From an uncultured Bacteroidota bacterium (GTDB lineage Bacteria; Bacteroidota; Bacteroidia; Flavobacteriales; UBA7312): DNA of 64,000 nucleotides. The DNA lies in assembly GCA_902580855.1 (NCBI GenBank), contig CACHMF010000003.1:1147-65146 (forward strand), written 5' to 3'. A program made the position numbers and the translations under genes. Positions 57,328 to 64,000 of the stretch are shown in pieces. The notes under the pieces were generated by a model. That model saw nothing but the letters and a program-made list of their open reading frames with translations. It did no database searches and was not told the DNA's origin. Within the stretch, counting starts at the first letter, position 1, and every line of letters starts with the position of its first letter.

Positions 57328-58593
57328 ATGAAAGATAAGATAGCGGTCATAGGTTTAGGTTATGTTGGTATTCCTTTAGCTGTTGAGTTAGGCAAGAAGT
57401 ATTCAACAGTTGGTTTTGATATTAATCCCGAACGAATCAATGAGTTAAATGAAGGTTTTGATAGAACCTTGGAGATCACATCAGAAGCCTTAGCTTCTGC
57501 TACTCAACTTTCTTACACTACCTCTGTTGATGATTTGTCAAATTGTAATATTTACATCATTACAGTTCCTACTCCTATTAATCATAAAAATTTGCCAGAT
57601 TTAACACCTCTGCGTAAGTCAAGCGAGGCGATAGGTAGTGTTTTGTCTGAAGGTGACATTGTGATATATGAGTCAACCGTTTACCCTGGTGTTACAGAAG
57701 AAGAATGCGTACCTATTTTAGAGGCAGTTTCGGGTTTGAAGTTTAATGAAGAATTTTTCTGCGGATATAGTCCTGAAAGAATTAACCCTGGCGATAAAGA
57801 AAGAACCCTGACTAATATTTTAAAAATTACGAGCGGTTCTACACCTGAAATAGCACAAAGAGTGGATGAGCTTTATAAATCAATAATTACAGCAGGCACC
57901 CACTTAGCCCCCTCAATTAAAGTCGCAGAAGCAGCAAAGGTAATTGAGAATACACAGCGTGATGTAAATATTGCACTAGTTAATGAGTTGGCTTTAATTT
58001 TTGATACTATGGGAATTTCCTCAAAAGATGTATTAGAAGCTGCAGGAACAAAATGGAATTTCCTGAAATTCAAGCCTGGTTTAGTTGGTGGTCATTGCAT
58101 TGGAGTTGACCCTTATTATCTGACTTATAAAGCCGAGAAAATGGGATATAAGCCAAACCTTATTTTATCATCTAGACAAATCAATAATGGAATGTCTGCT
58201 TATGTAGCTAAAAAAACAATCCGCTTATTAGTAGAGGAAGATAAAAACATTAAAGATGCCAATATTCTTATTATGGGTCTTACTTTTAAAGAGAATTGCC
58301 CTGATATAAGAAATACAAAGGTTATTGATATTATTGAAGAGTTAAAAGATTTTGGTTGTCAAGTAGACGTGTATGATCCTTGGGTTGATAAAGAGGAAGA
58401 GAAAAGAACATACAACCACGGATTGATTGAAGATCCATTTCAATCAAATAAAAAATATGCAGCAATTATTGTTGCAGTATCACATAACCAATTTTTAGAA
58501 TTGACAAATAATGACTTTGCTTCTATTTCAGAAGGGAGCCCTGTCGTAATAGATATTAAAGGAATTGTAGATAACCCAAGCTGGAGATTGTAA
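57328..58593 (+). CDS. wbpA: nucleotide-sugar 6-dehydrogenase, UDP-GlcNAc dehydrogenase type (WbpA/TviB-like)
   Basis: About 421 aa from the ATG at 57328. Rossmann motif IAVIGLGYVG and catalytic GGHCIGVDP. It is followed by wbpB/D/E-type genes. Confidence 0.75.
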   Translation: MKDKIAVIGLGYVGIPLAVELGKKYSTVGFDINPERINELNEGFDRTLEITSEALASATQLSYTTSVDDLSNCNIYIITVPTPINHKNLPDLTPLRKSSEAIGSVLSEGDIVIYESTVYPGVTEEECVPILEAVSGLKFNEEFFCGYSPERINPGDKERTLTNILKITSGSTPEIAQRVDELYKSIITAGTHLAPSIKVAEAAKVIENTQRDVNIALVNELALIFDTMGISSKDVLEAAGTKWNFLKFKPGLVGGHCIGVDPYYLTYKAEKMGYKPNLILSSRQINNGMSAYVAKKTIRLLVEEDKNIKDANILIMGLTFKENCPDIRNTKVIDIIEELKDFGCQVDVYDPWVDKEEEKRTYNHGLIEDPFQSNKKYAAIIVAVSHNQFLELTNNDFASISEGSPVVIDIKGIVDNPSWRL

Positions 58594-59537
58594 TGAAGAA
58601 GTTTGCTCTCGTTGGCGCCGCTGGATATATTGCACCAAGACACATGAAAGCAATCAAAGAAACCAATAATGATTTGGTTGCTGCTTTAGATCGTTTTGAT
58701 AGTGTTGGAGGTATTGACACTTTCTTTCCAAATGCAGATTTTTTTACTGAGCCAGAACGTTTCGATAGACACTTGTCTAAATTAAAATCTACTGGAAAAA
58801 AAGTTGATTATGTAAGTATTTGTTCGCCAAATTATTTGCACGATGCACATATTCGTCTAGCTTTAAGAAATGGAGCAGATGCAATCTGCGAAAAACCCTT
58901 GGTGCTGAACCCATGGAATATTGATGCATTAGCTGATATTGAAAAGGATACAGGTGGAAGAATCAATAATATTCTTCAACTTCGTTTACATCCTTCAATT
59001 ATTGCATTAAAGAAAGAGGTTGAAGAGGGTCCTACTGAAAAGGTGTATGATATAGACTTAAGCTATTTGACAAGTAGAGGTAAATGGTATCATGTTTCTT
59101 GGAAAGGTGATCGACAAAAATCTGGAGGTATAGCAACGAATATTGGAATTCATTTTTTTGATATGTTGACTTGGATTTTTGGTTCCGTAAAAGGAAATGT
59201 AACTCATGTATTAGAAGACGATAGAGCTGCTGGATTTTTAGATTTAGAAAGAGCAAGGGTTCGTTGGTTTTTAAGTGTTAACTACGATTTTATTCCTAAG
59301 CACACCAAGGCAATAGGTCAGCGTACTTATCGTTCTATTACAGTGGAAGGAGAAGAAATAGAATTTAGTCACGGTTTCACAAACTTACATACACGTAGTT
59401 ATGAAGAAATTCTTGCAGGGAATGGATTTGGACTGCAAGAAGCAAAGCCATCCATTGAAATAGTGCATGAGATTAGAAATGCTACTCCACAAGGTTTAAA
59501 AGGAGACTATCATCCGTTTTGTAAAAACAATGGCTGA
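58593..59537 (+). CDS. wbpB: Gfo/Idh/MocA oxidoreductase, UDP-GlcNAcA 3-dehydrogenase type (WbpB-like)
   Basis: 314 aa. N-terminus FALVGAAGYIAPRHMKAI, then EKP. The start shares 1 nt with the upstream stop (TAATG). Confidence 0.7.
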   Translation: MKKFALVGAAGYIAPRHMKAIKETNNDLVAALDRFDSVGGIDTFFPNADFFTEPERFDRHLSKLKSTGKKVDYVSICSPNYLHDAHIRLALRNGADAICEKPLVLNPWNIDALADIEKDTGGRINNILQLRLHPSIIALKKEVEEGPTEKVYDIDLSYLTSRGKWYHVSWKGDRQKSGGIATNIGIHFFDMLTWIFGSVKGNVTHVLEDDRAAGFLDLERARVRWFLSVNYDFIPKHTKAIGQRTYRSITVEGEEIEFSHGFTNLHTRSYEEILAGNGFGLQEAKPSIEIVHEIRNATPQGLKGDYHPFCKNNG

Positions 59538-60105
59538 TTTTTTTGTACATAAAACATCAATCTTAGATGAGAATGTTCAGATTGGAGAAGGAACTAAAAT
59601 CTGGCATTTTTCTCATGTGCTTTCTAACTCAATTATAGGAAATAATTGTTCGTTTGGCCAAAACTGTGTGGTTGGTCCCAATGTTATGATTGGTAACGGA
59701 GTAAAGGTTCAAAATAATATATCAATTTATGATGGAGTGAAGATAGAGGACGATGTGTTTTTAGGACCTTCTGTGGTTTTTACAAATGTTGTAAATCCAA
59801 GGAGTTTTATCGTTCGAAAAGAAGAGTTCAAGAGAACGCTATTGAAAAAAGGAAGTTCTGTTGGGGCAAATGCTACTATTGTTTGTGGAATCACTATTGG
59901 GGAGTTTGCCCTTGTAGGAGCAGGAAGTGTTGTGACTAAAGATGTGAAGCCATTTGAAATGGTGTACGGTGTTCCAGCCAGGCATCAAGGATGGGTGAGT
60001 AAAGCAGGACATTGCTTGCAATTTAATAAAGAGGGATTAGCTATTGATGATTTTGATGGAACTTCGTATCGTTTAGAAAATAACGCTGTTATACAAATTC
60101 AATGA
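59530..60105 (+). CDS. wbpD: left-handed beta-helix N-acetyltransferase (WbpD-like)
   Basis: 191 aa. Hexapeptide repeats (IGEGTKI, IGNNCSF, IGNGVKV). 8-nt overlap with the upstream gene. Confidence 0.7.
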   Translation: MADFFVHKTSILDENVQIGEGTKIWHFSHVLSNSIIGNNCSFGQNCVVGPNVMIGNGVKVQNNISIYDGVKIEDDVFLGPSVVFTNVVNPRSFIVRKEEFKRTLLKKGSSVGANATIVCGITIGEFALVGAGSVVTKDVKPFEMVYGVPARHQGWVSKAGHCLQFNKEGLAIDDFDGTSYRLENNAVIQIQ

Positions 60106-61187
60106 AAATTCCATTCATAGATTTACAAGCGCAATATCAAGCGTATAAGCAAGAAATTGATAAAGCAATTCAAAATGTATTGGACTCTTCTCAATACATT
60201 ATGGGGCCTGAAGTAAAGAAATTAGAAGATGGATTAGCCCGTTACACGGGCTCAAAGCATGCTATTGCTTGCAGTAGTGGGACGGATGCTCTATTGATTG
60301 CTCTAATGGCAATGGATATTCAACCAGGAGATGAAGTGATTACAACACCTTTCACTTTTATTTCTACTACTGAAGTAGTGAGTTTACTTGGCGCTATTCC
60401 TGTTTTCGTTGATATTGAGCCAGATACATTCAATATTGATTCAAGTAAAATAGAAGAAAAAATCACAGCTAAAACCAAGGCTATTATTCCTGTCTCCTTG
60501 TATGGTCAAGTTGCGGATATGTATGAAATTAATGTAATTGCAGCTAAATATAATTTGATTGTAATTGAAGATGGAGCTCAAAGTTTTGGAGCGACATATA
60601 AAGGGAAAAAAAGTTGTAATCTAAGCGACTTCGGTTGTACAAGTTTTTTTCCATCAAAACCGTTAGGTTGTTATGGAGATGGTGGAGCATTATTTACAAA
60701 TAATGATGCGTTGGCTGAAAAGTCAAGAATGATTTTAGCACACGGATCAAGAGTTCGTTATCAGCACGAAGTAGTTGGCATTAATGGTCGTTTAGATGCT
60801 ATACAGGGAGCTATTTTAAATGTGAAATTGAAATATTTTGCAGAAGAAGTTCAAAAAAGAGAAGAAATAGGCACCGCATATACAGAACTTTTGAGAGGTA
60901 AGGGACTATCGCTACCTGTTGTTAAACAGGATAGAACAAGTGTATATGCACAGTTTACAGTGAGATCAGAAAAAAGAGAGGAATTATTAGAAAGGTTTAA
61001 TTCGAATGGAGTACCAACAGCAATATACTATCCTAAACCGTTACATCTTCAACAATGTTATGAGAGCTTAGGATATAAGACTGGAGACTTTCCAATTGCA
61101 GAAAAGGCTGCTAAGGAAGTTTTCTCTTTACCTATGAGTCCTTTCATTACATTTGAGCAACAGAAGTTAGTATCGAGCATATTATAA
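60102..61187 (+). CDS. wbpE: DegT/DnrJ/EryC1/StrS PLP aminotransferase (WbpE/PorR-like)
   Basis: 361 aa. PLP-Lys context FFPSKPLG. 4-nt overlap with the upstream gene. Confidence 0.75.
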   Translation: MKIPFIDLQAQYQAYKQEIDKAIQNVLDSSQYIMGPEVKKLEDGLARYTGSKHAIACSSGTDALLIALMAMDIQPGDEVITTPFTFISTTEVVSLLGAIPVFVDIEPDTFNIDSSKIEEKITAKTKAIIPVSLYGQVADMYEINVIAAKYNLIVIEDGAQSFGATYKGKKSCNLSDFGCTSFFPSKPLGCYGDGGALFTNNDALAEKSRMILAHGSRVRYQHEVVGINGRLDAIQGAILNVKLKYFAEEVQKREEIGTAYTELLRGKGLSLPVVKQDRTSVYAQFTVRSEKREELLERFNSNGVPTAIYYPKPLHLQQCYESLGYKTGDFPIAEKAAKEVFSLPMSPFITFEQQKLVSSIL

Positions 61188-61834
61188 TGGTTTCACATAA
61201 GCACAAGTGCATTTTTGTTCATATTCCCAAAACAGCTGGGACAAGCATTGAAATGCTTATTAACCAAACACCATTTTCAGGCACAACCCATGAGCTACTG
61301 AAGGAACATGCTAGCTCAGAATATTTTGAGGAATATTTCAAATTTACATTTGTTAGAAATACTTTTGAAAGGGTTTACAGTGTATATAACTATTATTCCC
61401 AAGGGGGAAATAAACAACACCCTTCATCAATTAAACAATGGGTGTTGCACTTATATAGAAAAGTGACTCAAAATGATTATTATACTGATATTGAAGTATC
61501 AAGGAAAATGCCAAAAAAATTCTCGGAATTTTGTATTGAATTTTTACTCAATAAAAAACCATTTTATGGTAAAAATGCATTGATTTCTCAGTATAAATTC
61601 TTAGAGGTAAACTCTGAGATTAAAGCAGATTTTATTGGTAGTTTCGAGAACCTAAGAGTAGATTTAGAGTTAGTTAAGAAAAAGCTTAGTATTGTTGGCG
61701 ACCTTCCTCATTATCGTAAAGCTAGTCATAAAAAACATTACTCGGAATATTATGATGAAAAAACCAAAGAAATAGTTTCTAATTATTATAAGGATGAAAT
61801 TTCATACTTTGGTTTTGAATTTGAAAATCATTGA
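61187..61834 (+). CDS. sulfotransferase family 2 protein
   Basis: 215 aa. 5'-PSB-like motif FVHIPKTAGTS and 3'-PB-like motif FVRNTFERVYSVY. TAATG overlap with the wbpE-like gene. Confidence 0.75.
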   Translation: MVSHKHKCIFVHIPKTAGTSIEMLINQTPFSGTTHELLKEHASSEYFEEYFKFTFVRNTFERVYSVYNYYSQGGNKQHPSSIKQWVLHLYRKVTQNDYYTDIEVSRKMPKKFSEFCIEFLLNKKPFYGKNALISQYKFLEVNSEIKADFIGSFENLRVDLELVKKKLSIVGDLPHYRKASHKKHYSEYYDEKTKEIVSNYYKDEISYFGFEFENH

Positions 61835-63144
61835 GTAAATCAGTAGTATATAATTCTTCTATCACAGTTGTAAGACAAGTTCTAGGCATAATTATTGGAA
61901 TGTTGTCTGCTATGATTATCGCACGTGTTCTTGGCGTAGAGGGACAGGGTAGGTACGCTCTAGTTATACTATTACCTAATGTGTTGTACACTGTTTTTAA
62001 TATGGGAGTGGCTCCTGCTACAGTTTATTACATAGGAAAAAATGAATTTTCGTTAGCAGATGTGTTTAGAACCAACTTACTTCTTGCTATAGGACTTTCT
62101 TTAGTTACTATTTTAGTTGGAATACTATTTATACTTTTCTTTCACGAAAAATTTTATGCATCGGTTTCTTTACAGTCAATGTATATGATTTTATGTGTTT
62201 TACCTTTTTTGTTTTTGAATAAGAATCTTCAGGTTCTTTTTCAAGGAAAAGAGCAGTTTGAGAAATTCAATATAGTGGTTATACTTAATCAAGTTGGATT
62301 ATTATTATTTAGTTCGTTTTTTTTACTTGTTTTAGATCTGGACTTATTTGGAGCACTTATCGCATTTATAATGACTCAGGTCTTAATGATATTTGGAGTT
62401 CTTTATTTTCTAAAAACAGAGTATCAGTTAAAGTTAAACTCAGGAAGTATCTCATTCGATTATTTAAAAGGAAGTATGGTATATGGCCTGAAAGGTCACT
62501 TGAGTAATATTCTAGCGTTCATTAATTATCGCATTGATTTATTTATAATAGCTTACTTTTTGAATGATGTAGCTGTTGGTTTATATTCAATTGCGGTTTC
62601 TGTAGCTGAACGAATTTGGATTGTTTCTCAATCAGTTTCATCTGTATTATTTGCAAGAGTTTCAAATTTAAATTCGGATACCGAGCGTGCTCAATTTACA
62701 GCCCTAGTGTCTAGAAATGTCTTGTTTTTATCTATCATTGGTGGCTTCGGACTTTTTATATTAGGTAAGTGGATTATCTATTTGCTTTTTGGAGCGGATT
62801 ATGCAGGTTCAACAGCCCCTTTTTTATGGCTTATTCCTGGTATTGTTTTAGGTTCTATGTCTAGAATTATATCCAATTATTTTTCAGGTATAGGAAAGCC
62901 AGAAATAAATACATATGTGGCAGTTTTCCTAACAATTCTTAATGTTGGTTTGAATATTGTTTTAGTACCAAAATTTGGAGTAGTTGGTGCTGCAATAGCT
63001 ACTACAATTACATATTCGATGAATATGGTAGTTAAAACAGTTATTTTTAGCTGCATTAATAATATGTCTTGGTCAAATTTTGTTATCATCAAAATATCTG
63101 ATTTTGAAATTTATAAAGGTTATATTGCGAAAATTCTGAAATAG
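61831..63144 (+). CDS. wzx: polysaccharide/O-unit flippase (Wzx, MOP superfamily)
   Basis: 437 aa with about 12 TM helices. N-terminal ARVLGVEGQGRYAL. The TTG start overlaps the upstream TGA. Confidence 0.75.
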   Translation: MSKSVVYNSSITVVRQVLGIIIGMLSAMIIARVLGVEGQGRYALVILLPNVLYTVFNMGVAPATVYYIGKNEFSLADVFRTNLLLAIGLSLVTILVGILFILFFHEKFYASVSLQSMYMILCVLPFLFLNKNLQVLFQGKEQFEKFNIVVILNQVGLLLFSSFFLLVLDLDLFGALIAFIMTQVLMIFGVLYFLKTEYQLKLNSGSISFDYLKGSMVYGLKGHLSNILAFINYRIDLFIIAYFLNDVAVGLYSIAVSVAERIWIVSQSVSSVLFARVSNLNSDTERAQFTALVSRNVLFLSIIGGFGLFILGKWIIYLLFGADYAGSTAPFLWLIPGIVLGSMSRIISNYFSGIGKPEINTYVAVFLTILNVGLNIVLVPKFGVVGAAIATTITYSMNMVVKTVIFSCINNMSWSNFVIIKISDFEIYKGYIAKILK

Positions 63145-63147
63145 AAG

Positions 63148-64000
63148 ATGCATGTTTTAGTTATCCCATCTTGGTATCAAACCCGTTTTAACATGTTAAG
63201 CGGAGTGTTCTTTAAAGACCAGGCATTAGCCATTAGTAGTCAGGTGAAAAGAGTAGGTATAATTGCTCCTGTCTTGATAAGTATAAAAGATGTTCTTAAA
63301 ACAAAAATCTTTTCCTTTCGTGAAGAACATATCGAAACAGATAATATTAAAGAATATATTCAACCGATTCTCGCCTTTCCATTTTTTAAAACTTTTAATA
63401 CGGCTCTCCAATTTCGAATAGGTAAAAAAATGCTGAAGCGGTACATACATGAATTTGGCGTTCCTGATGTTATACATTTACAGACTTCGCTAGCAGGCGA
63501 ACTTGCCTTATGGATGAATAAGCAATATAAAGTGCCATTTATAGTAACTGAGCATTGGTCTGGATTTTTACAAAAAAAAGCAAGCCACGCCGAACTCAAG
63601 TTAGCTCGAAGAGTTTTTAGTAGAAGCAAGCATAATATAGCTGTTAGTGAATACTTTGCCCAGCAATTACGAAATATTTTTCAAGAAAAATTTCAGGTTG
63701 TTCCTAATTCTGTAGAACTTGATTTCTTTGCAATTGGCACTGATAAATTTAGTCAGTTTACATTTTTACAAGTAGGGCGACTTGATAAAAATAAAAATCA
63801 AGAAATGCTCATCAAGGCTTTTAGTCATTTTGATCCTGCTTATAATATGAGATTGAAGATTGTAGGAGAAGTGAAGGGACATATTAAAAATGAACTAACA
63901 AAACTCATTAAATCATTGGGTTTAATTGAAAAGGTTGAGTTTTGTGGGCCTTTAAATAGGGAAGAAGTTAGAGGAGTTATGCAAAAAAGTCATTGTTTAG
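63148..64000 (+). CDS. glycosyltransferase family 4 (GT-B), partial; runs off the window end
   Basis: Not in the ORF track because no stop is reached. ATG at 63148; my translation reads MHVLVIPSWYQ...HLQTSLAG...VTEHWS...FLQVGRLDKNKNQEMLIKAF, which is typical of GT4. Confidence 0.7.
   Translation, partial: MHVLVIPSWYQTRFNMLSGVFFKDQALAISSQVKRVGIIAPVLISIKDVLKTKIFSFREEHIETDNIKEYIQPILAFPFFKTFNTALQFRIGKKMLKRYIHEFGVPDVIHLQTSLAGELALWMNKQYKVPFIVTEHWSGFLQKKASHAELKLARRVFSRSKHNIAVSEYFAQQLRNIFQEKFQVVPNSVELDFFAIGTDKFSQFTFLQVGRLDKNKNQEMLIKAFSHFDPAYNMRLKIVGEVKGHIKNELTKLIKSLGLIEKVEFCGPLNREEVRGVMQKSHCL

Noticed and set aside
63226-63629. Two - strand ORFs (83 and 89 aa) near the window end
   Set aside because: They overlap a long + strand open frame starting at 63148. 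That frame translates to a convincing GT4 glycosyltransferase N-terminal half and continues the co-directional polysaccharide cluster.

Overview
This is an AT-rich chromosomal window from a Bacteroidota (Flavobacteriia/Cytophagia-like) genome. That assignment rests on porP/sprF-gldK-gldL-gldM-gldN, a T9SS C-terminal sorting domain on one secreted enzyme, and repeated TAnnTTTG -7 promoter boxes. All calls come from reading the translated ORFs and the DNA by eye; no database search or computation was run.

Content is mostly core housekeeping:
- M20 dipeptidase, gpmI, tRNA-Phe, coaX, lptC, a PpiD-like PPIase
- purH-mreBCD-mrdA-rodA, mfd, fbp, lysC, mgtE, rsmA, serS, rplU-rpmA, ctaA
- groES-groEL, secG, an lptE-like gene, a sigma54 activator, miaB, topA
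- the T9SS/gliding core (porP, gldKLMN)
- the start of a surface-polysaccharide cluster: wbpA/B/D/E-like genes, a sulfotransferase, a Wzx flippase and a partial GT4

I saw no rRNA, CRISPR array, transposase, integrase or prophage genes, and no intergenic gap exceeds about 210 bp.

The items most worth a second look are:
1. A self-contained porin / flavinylatable FMN-binding protein / His-bearing 4-TM protein operon (4469-6662), preceded by a 2 x 30 bp tandem repeat that abuts its promoter.
2. A near-consensus sigma54 -24/-12 element plus an upstream palindrome in front of groES, about 1.7 kb from a sensor-less sigma54 activator.
3. An arginase-fold protein with substituted metal ligands directly upstream of porP-gldKLMN.
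4. The Wbp di-N-acetyl-uronic-acid pathway placed immediately after gldN.
5. A T9SS-tagged agmatine-deiminase/PPAD-family enzyme.

None of these is proven; each needs the homology or synteny searches and experiments listed under the findings.
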